From NCBI RefSeq assembly GCF_009914755.1, contig NC_060946.1: a DNA stretch of 64,000 nucleotides. One strand, given 5' to 3'. Position 1 is the stretch's first letter, and every line of letters begins with the position of its first letter. The notes under the pieces were generated by a model. The model saw only the letters and a list, made by a program, of their open reading frames with translations, did not search any database and was not told where the DNA came from. Positions 1 through 16,489 of the stretch are shown one piece after another. The DNA is from the human T2T-CHM13v2.0 reference genome, Homo sapiens. A program made the translations under genes and the position numbers.

Positions 1-730
1 CTAATAGCATATCTAAAAGAAACATCTCTAGTAATTTCTACGCTTGGAGAAATTAAGTGTGATTAACACCAGTTTGGGATGAAATAGCCAAGAGTGCATG
101 CATCTATCCGTCCGGCTAGCTAGCTTGCTTTCTTTTTTTGCCTGTCTGCCTCCTTGTGCAGCCTTCTCCTTTTCTAATTAGATGGTGATAGAATGCCAGG
201 TGGCATTTCAGTGCTTGCGGCTGGAATGCTAATTTGACTCTGGCTGCAATTCCCCACTGCAGGTCAGGCCTTATGGCATGTCACCTGCCCCAGGAGGTGC
301 CAGGAGCATCTATCAGCAGACTGGATGATCTGCATCATTGTTTTCTACTCATAAACCTTCTCTGCTCATGGAAATCCACACAACTAATTTGGGCCTTACT
401 GCTGAGAATATCAATTGTGTTTTTGGATAAACTACTAGATAGAGTAGCAGCAGCTGCAGTTGGCTGCCCGCAGGACTTGCAAGCTCAGAAGTGTAATAAT
501 TAGTCTGTGTGCACCTTTCTGATTTGGATACATTGGAGAGGCTGGTCCCAGCCCTAGGATTTAGAATGAAATGCCCAGTGTGCTTTCAGCTCTCTATCTC
601 TTTGCTTTCTGAGGTAGTGGGCCACAAATGTGTTCTTTGGGATGCTTTCAGGGTGATGGGATGGATTTGTTGGACAAAGAAATCCTACTGAGCCAGCATG
701 GGGTCATAGTGGCAGTTTCATGAAGAGCTC

Positions 731-925
731 GTGGCAGTGGCTCATCCCTATAACTCCAGCACTTTGGGAGGCCAAGGCAGGAGGATCACTTGCCTAGGAA
801 TTTGAGGCTGCAGTGAGCTATGATTGCACCACTACATTCCAGCCTGGGTGACCAAGCAAGACCCTGTTTTAAAACAGAAGCAGAAACAAAATACCAAAAT
901 AAATAAATAAATAAGTAAATAAATA
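731..925 (+). mobile_element. Alu monomer-type element (FRAM/FAM-like) with AAAT tail
   Basis: cagcactttgggaggccaagg...gctgcagtgagctatgattgcaccact...cagcctgggtgac + A-rich tail. Confidence 0.8.
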
Positions 926-1369
926 AGAAGGAGGAGGAGAGCTTTCTTTGACCTTTTTCTTAGCAGAGCAAAGCTTAGAAGTAAGAAATCTGAAAGTGTC
1001 AGGGAATATGCAGTCTGTGGGCCCTGGCAGAGAATAGCAGGAACACTGCAGATCGGCACTGCTTACAGCACAGCAGAGCCACAAACCTGGCATCTGGGCA
1101 ACCACAGATCAGGTGGACAGACACTGACCTTGGAGCCAGATCTGAAATTTAGAATGTGAGTAAGTCAATGACTTACCTTCCAGACCTTAGTTTTCTCATC
1201 CATCAGGTGAAACTAATGATATACCTTCTCCATCTCAGATGAAGGGACGTATATTACACCTTACAGTCTTTGTATGCAGTAAACTTCTTTTGTGAATAGG
1301 AGGTCTTTTATATTGGGGTAGAGGTCTCAGGGAAAGTACAGGGCCAGGAACTGAAGGAGATTACCTGGC

Positions 1370-1665
<296 letters not shown>

Positions 1666-1866
1666 TGACTGGGCTTTTTCTTTCTTTCTTTCTTAGTTTC
1701 TTTTTTTTTAAAAGAATTGTAGATATGTAGTAAGCCACCTTATGGAAATTGTAATATGATGGAAATTAGAGAACAAATTGGCCAAGCTTTTCATTGACTT
1801 ACAAGGAGAAAATTGGAGAAGAACTTTCACTGTTTTATTGCTTGTCTTTGCATTATCTTTTTGAGC

Positions 1867-1867
<1 letters not shown>

Positions 1868-1902
<35 letters not shown>
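1868..1902. repeat. (TG)17 microsatellite, NF2 intron 10
   Basis: Perfect TG run. Confidence 0.97.
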
Positions 1903-1904
<2 letters not shown>

Positions 1905-2613
1905 TTGGCTTAGGATTTAGAAAAAGCAGCAGTCTTAGAAACCTTGTATGACCAGAGTGTGGGATAAGATTGAAGCAAGAAGTAATTAAATGTGCTTTAA
2001 TTATTTAAGGCAGAAAATAGTGCAGTGGTCACTTCTGGGTTCTGCTTTTTGAACTCAGTTAGTACCCTGGGATCACAGAGGAATGGCACTGTCTTGTGCT
2101 TGTTCCCCTTATTAAGCTCAGCATGTGGCCCAATTAATGCAGTGATCCAGAAGGCAAGGGAGGTAGTGGTGGCTTTGTGCTGTTGCCTTAAGGACACGGG
2201 GCTGTGTTTCCCGCCTGGCTCCCTCCTGTCCTAGGCCTGGCTCAGGAGTTGTCTCCACATGAGGCTGTGCAAGTCTGTGCTGTGGCTGTTGCAGCTCCCC
2301 CCTGTGAAATACAATGTGTGAACTATTGATGCATCACGTAGAATGATTCCATCTTCTCTGTGGGTCAGAGGCAAGAGTGGAGCTATTGTTGATGAAATCA
2401 GAGATGTGAGAGGGGTCCATGTGGATTAGAAATGGTGAGATGGCTTGCCTGCCCAGATGAGAAAGCTGCTTATTTCTGGGGCTCTATCTGAGGGAGGAGG
2501 TCCTGCATTGCATCCCATCGGCCATGGGGCAGAGCCACCTGGGGTTTCCCAACAAAAAGCAACATTGGCAAGGTAGCCATTTCAGTGCACCGTGTATAAG
2601 AATGCCTCCTTCT

Positions 2614-2958
<345 letters not shown>

Positions 2959-3054
2959 TCATTTGTTCATTCACCACTAGACTGTTTTTCAAGTGGCACA
3001 GCTTTCAACTCTGCAACTGGTTTAGAAGGACGGGGTGGGGGGCAATAAGAATGA

Positions 3055-3384
<330 letters not shown>

Positions 3385-3672
3385 TGAAAACCATGAGTTA
3401 GCAGCGTTTGCTTTGAAATACTTAATTTCAGCTTTGAAAAAATCAGTGCCTTTTCTTTTCACCTGTGTTGGCAGAAGCAGATTTAGGTTGAGCTTATGTG
3501 CAGCCAAACTCCACTTTCACCACGAGGTTGCCTTTATAGCAGGGCTTCTCAGCCTGGGCACTACTGACATTTGGGGCTGACCATCCTTTGCTGTAGGAAC
3601 TAGATCCCAGTAGCAGCACCTCACCCTCCATTTGTAACAATCCAAAACATCTTCAGACATTGCCACATGTCT

Positions 3673-4281
<609 letters not shown>

Positions 4282-4613
4282 CTGCCACATGTCTCTTGCA
4301 GGGGACAAAAAACTCCTCTGGTTCTAACCACTGATTTAAAGGGAAAGAACAGAGTTTAAGTTGTTTTTCTCCACGTGAAGCATAAGCCTGAGCTGAGGTG
4401 GGTACTCAGAGAAGGTGCTCTTGTTACTCCCCATGGGTGCAGCCCGAAGGGCCCTTCTGAAAAGTTGGGGAATGTGGCTTGTCATTTCTTGTCAGAGGGT
4501 CATGGAGGGCACTCAGCAGCAGGGCCCCAGGAGTCCGAGACTCTGGTTTGTCCCATCTCAGTGTTCAAGGCAGATCTGGGTGGGAGAACAGCACATGATC
4601 CCACTTCAGCTAA

Positions 4614-4850
<237 letters not shown>

Positions 4851-6043
4851 TGAGGGGGCACCGGGCACCAGACTGGCGAGGAGGCTGGCGAAGGGCCGCA
4901 GACCAGCCTGCCCTGAGGCTGAGCTCTACAGCAGTTGTCCTCAAGCTGCTTGCCCATCTTCTGGGCCGTGGGGAGGCTCCTCCTTGGCTGATGGTGACTG
5001 GTGCTTTATCCATTTTGGGGCTGGCGCTACTGGTTGGGCACAGGAACTCAGTTCCCCCTCCAGGGGGGCCTCTCTGGTCATACTTGTGTCTCTTTGATAA
5101 GCCCCTGTCCCTCTGATGGCCGTGTGTGCAGGAAAACCCCTGAGCATATCCACAGACCGCTTTCAGCTGAAGAGATGTGAGGAGGCTCTTTGTGCATTTA
5201 AAAAAAGTGTGGTTCTTTTCTGCTTTCATTCAGTGGGGCTGCAGGAGAACAGCAGCTGCCTACCTTTAAAGGGAAGCTAGTGCCTGCATCCCCCAGCCTT
5301 TCTTGGCACATGGGGGAGGAGGGCTAGGATGATCTCTGTGACTGGGATGTCCCACTCATGGCCAGGTTGAAGGATGGAACTGTTGTCTGTACTTTTGAAA
5401 GACTATTCTAGGCCTGCAACCTTCAGATAAACACTGACACATTCCCCACAGCTTTTGGCTCTGTTGATTTAGAGCACTTGAATTTGGCTTTTAGCTACCA
5501 AGGTGCATTCACTACAGTTTTCCTCACCACGCTTTGCATGTCGTTCTGGGAATATGGTTCCTTTTTGCCTGCCCTGCTTCAGGCCCCTTACTGTATTCGG
5601 GGGTCACTCCCTGTGCATGATGCAGGTTGGGCCAGGTCCCTGCACCAGGCCTCACATGCCGTGACCACCTGAGCCCCATAGGATGAGGATCTGCACCAGG
5701 GTGCGGGTGCCCTCAGTGACTGGGCTCATCTTTCTGCTGGAGAAAGTGGGCACAAGGCCCACTGGTGTTTTATCCGGGGGCTGTGAAGACGCAGTTCTTG
5801 CACATTCTGCCCTTTGCGATCCAATATAAGAACTTTGATCCTCCAGGTTCTTCCTTTGCCCAGCTCACTCTCACCCAAAAATAAAGCAGAGAAAGCTGCT
5901 GGTGCCCTCTCCAGCTCCTCTGTCTCCTGGCTGCAGAAGGTCTGGTTTCTCTCATTCCCCACCAGTTTTCCTGCTCTTCCAGTTTAGATTTACCAACTCA
6001 AACAAAAGTCCTCAGGAATGTTGTCCTTGCTTGGAAGTTCTGA

Positions 6044-6397
<354 letters not shown>

Positions 6398-7064
6398 TGA
6401 CCATTCAGGCAAACACATGGCTGGATGAGAGGTGCAGAGAGCCTGCAGTTAGGGACTGGGTAGAACATCCTGGTCTGCCATTTGGCTTTGGACTAGTTAG
6501 TTGTCTCTTTGGTTGCCTGGATAACAGGCAACAGGGCCTTTTCCAGCTCTGGAATGTTTTTCTTTTTCTAAGTAATATAGTCCCAAATTATCCTCAAGAG
6601 AATTTGCTCTCTTGCCTCTTAATGCTGAGCTGAATGTAATCTTCAACTATCAGTATATACCATATATCATAATTATAGTTCTGGGAAGGGATTGGCTGTA
6701 CACCTCAGAGTGAATTACTGCCGTGCAAGAACGAGCAGCCACTCTCAGTTTGGGGACAGAGAGTCAGACTTCCATTAAATGGGGTCACAAAATGAATAGA
6801 AGCCTCTTTCCTTCCTTTCTTCTGTGCATTCAGTTTGGCATTTTTTTTTTTTTCATATTTGTTCAGTGTCCACATAGTGCCATGCAGTTGGAAGTCTCTA
6901 TCCTGACAGGTGTTCTCAGGGTGCACAGGTGCCTAGAGGAGGAGGACACAGCCCACCCTGGAGGAGCAGGAGAGGCTCAGTGTGGTGTCTACACTGATGC
7001 TTGAAGGGGGAGCAGGAAGTAGCCAGGTGGAGAAGAGAACATAGGGTATTCAGGGTGAGGGCAC

Positions 7065-7260
7065 AGATGCACACATGGCCCAGACTCACACACAGCACAG
7101 TCATCTACATGGCACAGACACACACACGTACCCATACATACATTGATGCACATAGCACATCCACACACACAGCACGGACACACACGCACCCATACTTACA
7201 TTCATGCACATGGCACAGGCACATACATGACCCAGATGCACAAAGGGCACCAGAGGCACA
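7065..7260. repeat. CA-rich low-complexity tract
   Basis: Degenerate (CA)n/CACAT repeats. Confidence 0.8.
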
Positions 7261-7509
7261 AGCTGCCCAGGGTTTGAGGTGGGGAAAATGTAAGCAGTTT
7301 GCTGTTGCCGTATATCCCGGTTCTCCGTTACTGTGTAACAACCCACCCAAGCCAGCTGTGTGGCTTTGTTAGTACCTCTGGTGGCTTGTTGGGTTGACTG
7401 GGCCAGACAGAGATCCTTGCTGGGGATCTCTCTGGTGGTCACAGTCAGATGGTAGCTGGGACTGGAGTCGTCTGAGCAGTCAACTGGGCTGAACACCTGA
7501 GATGTGTTA

Positions 7510-7836
7510 TGTTTTTATTTTTTATTTTATTTATTATTTTTTTTTTTAGAGAGAGAGAGTTTTATTTACTCTGTCACCCAGGCTGGAATGCGGTGGCAGA
7601 ATCTCGGCTCACTGCAACCTTAGCCTCATAGGCTCAAGCGATCTTCCCGCCCCAGTCTCCTGAGTAGCTGGGACCACAGACATGCACCACCACGCCCAGC
7701 TAATTTTTTTTTTTATTTGGTAGGGACAGGGTTTTGCCATGTTGCCACAGCTGGTCTCAAACTCCCGAGCTCAAGTGATCTGCCTGCCTCAGCTTCCCAA
7801 AGTGCTGGGATTATAGGCATGAGCCACTGTGCCCAG
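7510..7836 (-). mobile_element. Alu
   Basis: T-rich head + reverse Alu. Confidence 0.9.
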
Positions 7837-7899
7837 CCTATATGTGTTGTTTTTAAAATATACACTGGAGCAAAGCTTATACACTGCTGTAACTGCTCT

Positions 7900-8340
7900 T
7901 TCCTCTTAGCAGTCAATCCTGAAGGAGATCATCCATATCAGCTTTTTAATCATGTTTTGTTGTGTGGATGGATTGTAATTTATTTAACCAGTCCCTCATG
8001 GATGAGTATTTAGTCTGTTTTCTTTTGCAATTTTGAACAAAATGACACTGAACATCCCTGAACACAAATCTTGACACACACACGTGGATATATTGGTAGA
8101 ATAAATTCTTATAATAGAACTGTGGGGTCAAATTTTCGATTTTGATACTCTCCAAAGAAGTCATACCAGTTCATGCTCTCACTAGTGGTGCAGCAACTAG
8201 TACGCGTTTTTGCTGAAAATTTTTATGATGTGTAACATACACATAGAGAAGTGCCCAAATTACAACTGTACAGTTTGAAGAATTTTCACAAACTGAACAT
8301 ACCCATGTACCCAGCACCCAGATCAGAAAACAGGACATCC
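7900..8340 (-). mobile_element. Old L1 (L1M-like) fragments
   Basis: AT-rich, diverged antisense L1-like phrases (ctgaacatccctgaacac, ataaattctta...gtcaaa). Confidence 0.55.
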
Positions 8341-9555
8341 CTGGCACCCAAGGAGCCTTCTCTCAGCACCCTTGCAGACGGTCTGCCTCAGGCCTTGAGA
8401 ATGTCTCAAATGAATGTTCCAAGCCTCTGCTCTTTCCCAGACACTGTCCTAGACTCAATACGGGATCCAAGGATGAAAAAGAGGCAGATTGTTTGCAGGA
8501 AACTTGCAAATAGTAGAAAGAAGATACAGCCAAAAAGAAATCTTTTACAGGGTGGAATCGCAGAAGAACCATTAGAGAACCGTAAACACAGCGTTAAGGG
8601 ACAGCAAAGAAAAGGGTTGCCGGCTGGCTGGGAGGGGCTAGAAAGGCTTTGGTGAGAGATCGTGGTGTTTGAGAAGGGCCTTGAAAGAGGGATGGAGCAT
8701 AGGGAGGAGAAATGGGATAGGCAGGGGTACAGAGATGGGAAGGCAGTAGTCCAGGGGATAATAAACAATACTGTCTGTGACTTAGTAGGGCAAATAGTAG
8801 GAGAAGCCGGGAAGCTAGATTGGGGTCCTCTTTAGATGACCCTTTGTGCTGGGATGAAAGTCCAAAAAAAAAAAAAACTACACCACCCCTGCTTCAGGCC
8901 CTACTCCGGTTCCATTGTCCAAGCCCAAGCCCCTCGGTGGGCCGGTGGGGAGCCCTTTGTGGTGGTGCCCATCTCCCACCCCACCTCTCCACACTGCATG
9001 GCAGACTCCTGGCACCCTCACTGGGCACTGCCCCACCCATTGCCATACTTCCCGTCCGGCAGACCTTCTCCTGGCACTGCCTTGGATCCCAGCAAAAGCA
9101 GCATCTCTTCTAGCCTCTGTTCGCTCCCTGGCTACAGTGTTTACCTTTTTTAACAGTGATGATCTGTGAACACATCTATTTCCTGAACAAGACTTTCAGC
9201 TGCTCAAAGCCAAGGATGCTGTCTTGTTTTCTGCATCTCCAGCCCCTTGCACAGGGCCTGGGAGTTTCCTAAATGAAAAAGCGAGTGGGAGTTTGTGTTT
9301 GATTCAGCTGAGCATGAAGAACGGTTAGAGATTTGAGGGATGATTTTCCTGGATTTGTAGTCTTTGATATTGTTTACCTGGCAGTGGCAAATGTGGAGGG
9401 AGTGAAGTGGAGGGATGGGGACTCGTGGTGGCATTGGGAGGTGGGACCCGAGTTGTGCCCATTGCCTCTGTGGCTGCTGGAGGATCGGTTGTCAACACAG
9501 TAGTGTCCTTCTGTGCTTGTATGACCCAAGCTCCTAATCCGAAATTTCTCATTAA

Positions 9556-9726
<171 letters not shown>

Positions 9727-10947
9727 TAGACTGAGTGATTGGGGCCTTGGGAAGCTGGGGCAGAGGTGAGAGGTCGCTGCAGCAGCCTGTCATTACTCCT
9801 GCAAAGGTTTGCTCTGCTCTTACACCCTGGAGGAAGAATTTCCTTAATCAGAAATTAAGGACAACAGATCAGCATTCATTCTGAACGAATAAAAATAACA
9901 ATTTTTATCCAGGATAAAAATAACACTTGACTGGTGAGCTGGAGTTTTTGGTGGCTCTAAGCCTCACCTAAAGTGTAGGACTGGGTTGTTAGCATCTCTG
10001 AGTCAGTTCAACTGCTGTTATACTACTGGACTGTAGTCACCTCCTAGTTGTGTTCTCCAGCAACTGGGATCTGTGGTGGTTCCCATGTCTAGAACAAACA
10101 AAGGTGAGAGAAGAGACTCAGGCTCGAGGCTAAGGAAAGCTGACAGCTGGTGGGGCCACTTTGCTGCAGTGGGTGGCACTGGGCAGGGCCCCAGCATGGC
10201 CTGATCATGGCAGCAATTGCTGAGCTGCCCTCCGTCTTCCCTTTATTGTGGGTAGAAGTGGATCAGAGATGGAAAGGAAAGGATCCCCACTGCAGAGGAA
10301 ATCTAAGCGAGGGCCCCTAGTTCCCAGAGCTAGCGGTAAGTTGGTTAACTGCTGCTGCTTGCTAGAGGACAACCACAGTAGCTACCATGCATTGAGTGCC
10401 TGTGTGTCAGGGGTTTTGGCTTTTGTCTCATTTAATTCCTGCTAACTTACAAACATCAAAATGACATCAAAGGTAGGTTTTCATGTTCCCATTTTATAAG
10501 TGAGAACTCAGATTTAGAGAGTTTAGTGAACTCCACCAGCATCCCACAGCTGATGCAGAGGGGTTGAAACCCCTCACCCATCTGACTCTGCAGCCCATGT
10601 GCTTTTACCATGGGTGGTATCCTCAGGAAAACCCTTTGGGGAAAGTGTCTCCATGGAGTCCAGTATGGGCAACCAGAACCCAGGCTGTTTTTCTTTGGGC
10701 TCTCACACTGAGGGTATAGCTAAGTAGCCAATGAACCAGAGCCTCTAGCTGTCATATCTGCTGTCCATGTTCCTTTCACCATTATCCAGACATATACATT
10801 TATGTGGTTGGGATCCGGGATCAGGGTGAAGCTGTTCTGTGTCTGCTATTTTATAGTTTGTATTTTGTTACTATCTTAGTTTGTTTTGGCTACTGTAACA
10901 AAATACCAGAGGCTGGGTAGCTTATAAACAACAGAAATTTATTTCTT

Positions 10948-11420
<473 letters not shown>

Positions 11421-11436
11421 CTAATCCCATTCATGA

Positions 11437-11773
<337 letters not shown>

Positions 11774-12409
11774 GTGATTAGGTTTCCACATATGAATTTT
11801 GAAGACACGAACATTCAGACCATAGCACTTCTTACCCTTGCACATATTGGCAGAGTCTCTATACTAACCATGGCAATCCCTATGGAGTGTTTTTGGTATT
11901 TGTATTGCATGGTTTTTCTGGCCATGCCTTGTAGTTGGACACTTTGTGGGTGGTTTCCAGATTTTCACCATCATAGATGCTGTCACTCAGTGTTATCTGT
12001 TCTCAGGTGAGGGTGGGGATCTTTTCTTCCTTGCGTTGGGTGAGCTTCTGAGTGAGCTTCTGTCATCTTTAGATGAAGTCTCAGAACAAGTGGGAATGTG
12101 GATGTGGCCTATCAAAAGAGATCACGTGAAGCTGGGCGCTGTGGCTTATGCCTATAATCCCAGCCCTTTGAGACCAGGGGTTCAAAGCCAGCCTGGGCAG
12201 CATAGCAAGATCCTATAAAAAAAAAAAAGAGTTTACTTGAATTACTGCTCCAAGAAGGGTTGAGACAAGGAGATTGTTCTGGGTTCCCAGGAAGCTTGTT
12301 TCACGTATGTTTTTTTTTTGTACAGAACGAAAAGCTGTCCATGAGAGCTGGTATTTGTAGAGCCCCCTATGAGAATTTACCAAGGGCTTTTCTACTCTTT
12401 CTTTTTCTT

Positions 12410-12552
12410 TCCTTTTCTTTTTTTTTTTTTAAAAATAGAGACAGGGTCTTGCTATGTTTCCCAAGCTGGTCTCCAACTCCTGGGCTCAAGCAATCCTCCT
12501 GCCTCAGCCACCCAAAGTACTGGGATTACAGGTGGAGCCACCGTGCCTGGCC
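12410..12552 (-). mobile_element. Alu left monomer (FLAM-like)
   Basis: poly-T + gagacagggtcttgct...gggattacagg; a short + Alu fragment lies at ~12130-12230. Confidence 0.85.
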
Positions 12553-12784
12553 TCCTACACTGTTTTATTTAATCCTAACCACGGCCCTGTGATCATTATC
12601 CCAATTTTAATGATGAGGAAACATTCATAGCATTTAAGTGACCAGCCCAAGCTCCCATGGCCTGTGAGTGGCCAAGTAGAGACGTGAACCCCAGGCCTCA
12701 AACCCTAGATCGCACACCAAGCAGCTTGTGGGCCACAGAGCACCTGAGCCGTGTCTCACTGTCTGCCCAAGCCCTGATGCATGA

Positions 12785-13009
<225 letters not shown>

Positions 13010-14382
13010 TAATGAAATGTGCGGTTGGCATCTGGTTTCCTCAGTAGCCAAGTCACTAGACTATTGGCATCTTTTGTATGTACTTAGTTGAGGAAATTTT
13101 TTAACTTATGCCAGAAAGGGAATTTAATCTGCCAATGACTATGAACCCATTGGCTGGATGGAAGTTGAGCTTGTGTTAAAAGCTCTGATGTAATGAACCC
13201 CTGTTACAGGGTGGATTTTGAGCCCTCATTTAGCAGTAAAGCATAATGCCCTTTTAAGCCAAGGGGTGTTATACCCAGGGAGCTGCCTTACTTTATGAGA
13301 AAGCAGAATGAAATGGAGGCTATTGAGAATGGACTTTCCCTCTAGTCTTGTGGTGTCTTTAAGTGGCAAGGACTATAAAACCAAACTGAATTTTTAACTT
13401 TTTTCATACTTAAAAGGAAGTGTCTAGGAAAGAACCTCTTTGTTTTAAAAGAGAAGACTTTATTACTTTGCAAATGGTTTCATATCTTTCTCTACTGGTA
13501 TTTTGAGCTTTCAGCATTGTCGAGATTCAGAAGCTAAATTCCATACTAATTATCAGCCCAAGAGCATACCTCTCTCATTTGGGCCAAGCAGAAGGGTCCT
13601 CTCATACCAAATAATGCTCTGCTCTTAACTGATAGCCCAGGACCAGGTTAACACCTATAAAATAGGTGTTATTAAGATAAGACTGTCCATTGAGTTTAGG
13701 TGATACTGATACAGTTAATTTTTTATTCTTTACCTCAGTCTTTAAAATAGGCTTCCAGTTTTATGGACTGTCTCTGTTTTTAGTGGTTAAGCTGTATCTG
13801 AAAACTCCAGGGGATCTGTTTCTGCCTGCCTTCGTTGTTGGGTACAGTAGGCAGCCCTGACTTCTACCTCTCGACTCCAGTCACAACTGGCACCGGGTAG
13901 AGAATTCCTTTTAATAGTGCAACCTAGAAGGAAAGGCATTTCCACATTCCACATTCTTCTTTCCTCTGGCTTCTGTAATTTACTGGGCTTCCCTTCCAAA
14001 ACAAAATTATTAAACAGTAAAGGGGAGTTCAAGGGAGGCCTCGGTCATTAAGGAAAGAGGTAAAACGATGGCTGAGCCAGTGAGCCAGTCAGCCCTTAAA
14101 TGAACTGCCTCAGACACCCCATCTCACCCCTTACCCCCAGCCTTGTCATCTGGGTCCCAGGAACAGTCTCACCATTTCCACTGCTGCTGCAATGAGCAGT
14201 GCCCTCAGCCACAGAAACCTGCAGTGTGAGAGCTGGAGAGACCCCGTTCCAAGCCATTAAAACAAACAAAATCACTCATCACGATTTCAGGCCTATCCAA
14301 GCATTTTGCAGATGGCACTTATGGCATTGTTGATATCACAGGGTATGTTTTTGTTTTTCTTCATTTTATTTTGCTGGTTTAG

Positions 14383-14418
14383 CCTCAAGCCCAAGGCAGA
14401 AGACCTATCTGCATTTGA
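14383..14418 (+). CDS. NF2: Merlin alternative exon 16 (isoform 2 C-terminus PQAQGRRPICI*); exon continues to 14427
   Basis: U-rich tract + tttag|CCTCAAGCC...ATTTGA GCCCTCAAA|gtaggt; 45-nt cassette with in-frame stop; matches known isoform 2 tail. Confidence 0.96.
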   Translation, partial: PQAQGRRPICI

Positions 14419-14478
14419 GCCCTCAAAGTAGGTTGTTCCCAGGTACTCTCTATGTGGTGATGGTGCTGCCCTCTGTGA

Positions 14479-14494
14479 TACTAACCCGTGCATG
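14479..14494 (+). promoter_or_regulatory. QKI (TACTAAC) + RBFOX (TGCATG) intronic splicing elements
   Basis: gaTACTAACccgTGCATGag ~50 nt downstream of exon 16 donor. Confidence 0.65.
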
Positions 14495-15255
14495 AGCTTG
14501 CCTGTCTCTGTCCTCGGGCCACACTGAGCCCTTACGAGGGCAGGTGGTGCCTGGGTACTGGCCGCAGCATGCTTTGAGTCTAAAAGTAGGCACCCACCCT
14601 GTGAAGCCAGACCAGCCTCCAGGGCCCCAGAAGACTGCCTCGTTCCGAAGAGCATGTCATGGGGCTGTAGGACCAGCCATTCTTCCCATCTCGGGTCATT
14701 GTTGGGCTGGGGAAGGTTATGGCTTCTTGTCCAGTCAGGTGTGTCTAAAAGTCCTTTGTCTTGGTGGCATACTCCTAGCATGGAAATGGGGTCAATCTGG
14801 GCACTTTGGAGACTGGTGTGTTTAACTCAAGATCAAGACCTTTTATGCGTTGACAGCCTCTCAAGACCCATGGTCACACCTGGCAGCTTCTGGTAGTGGG
14901 GCAAAAGGGTTGCTTGTGCTGGCTCATTTTCCTTTAGAGCTTTCCCTTTCTGCACACATCCCTTTTCTTTTCAAATAAAGCAAACCCAGAGCACAGGGTC
15001 TGATATGTGAGTCCACGGGGAGTGGACTGTCTGTTCATCTGTGCTCAGCCACCTCTGCTTCAGCTTCCTCTCCATAGGCTGAGCAGAGATGTGGTCAGAG
15101 TGAACTCACATTGGAACAGTACACTCACGGCACCCTGGAGAGGAGCGGTCACTGGTTGCTGAGTGAATTAACCGAATGTTTGCTGCTTTTCTCCTGCAAC
15201 AGTTCATTATTCCTCCAGCATGCCTAGGCAGTGGAGAGAATGTATTTTGCCCAAT

Positions 15256-15261
15256 AATAAA
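15256..15261 (+). terminator. Candidate intronic poly(A) signal making exon 16 terminal
   Basis: AATAAA preceded by TGTA (15241-15244, CFIm motif). Confidence 0.55.
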
Positions 15262-16489
15262 ATGACATCCTGCCTCTACTTCTCACCTAATCCCCAGTAG
15301 TACCCATGCCAACAAGCCCCACACCACCTGACAGCAGCATAGGATGTGTCCTTTGGAGTCTTCCCTGCAGTTTCTGCTCATAGAGTGGAATAAGCTCATT
15401 GGAACCTTTCTAACAAAAAGAGATCTGGCATAAGATAGATCCTACTTGTGGTCGTTATCCCATCAAGAGAGGTCAGCTGTTAAAGTCCCTGATAGATCTT
15501 ATTAAAAGGTACACTTGAGCTGTCAGTGGTTCCAAGAATCCATGACATGAACCCTGTTTTGTATGCGACACTTTCATTTAGCGGGCTCCTGTTTCTTCAG
15601 CTTTCATATCCTTGTTGGCATTGATACCCTGATACAGAACAGTCCGCGCTCTGAGCAGGGCAGTTATGGCCAGCATTGTCACGGGCAGGCCAGCTCATGG
15701 CACCCAGAGCAGCCAGGTGGACCCACCTTGGTTTACTGAACTTTTTGTAACCATGGGGGCAAGCAGAAAACCCCGCTGCATTTCAGCCAGTGCTGCCAGG
15801 TGTTCCCTCCATGGGAAGGTGCTGCTCAACCTGAATGTGACTTCCTCTTTCTTCTTTCTATAATGATGCAGAATGCTGAAATTCTTCAGGGTCCTGATTT
15901 TGACTGTCATTTCTCACTGAGCTTTTACTGCAGACAAAAGAAGTTTCATTTTTAGTTAAATTTGCACTGCTCCTGGGACATACATGGATGCATTTATTTA
16001 TTCATCCATTTTAATGTCTCGATGTGAACTTGTTTTTAAAGCAGGCTACCAGGCAGTTAATCAAACACTCGGGTTAATCAAGGGTTAATAAAAGCAGGGA
16101 CTTGATGTTTAATGGGACAGGCATTCTCTCAGCATCACTAGATTCAATAATGCTGCACTATTAAATTTTGCTGCACATGAAGTTCAGTGCATGTTCCATT
16201 TTCTAGACTTTGGCAGTGCCTGTGGTCAGTGACCGGGACTGATGAGCAGCCACATGCCTGCACTAGGGTGGCTCTGGGGTGGTGCATGCTGCAGTCTGGC
16301 TGGCACAAGCCTAGCTGAAGAGAAGTACTGCTTTAGGCTTGGATGTGGGGATACCTAGATGTCAAGGGCAGAACTCCATCTAGAATGCCTGGGGATGAGA
16401 TGCAAAAGCTGATAGTGAATGGAACAGTTTCCAATGTCCAAAAGCTTGCTAATCTGGGATCAAACCAGCCTGTGTTGATGTTAGTTTTG

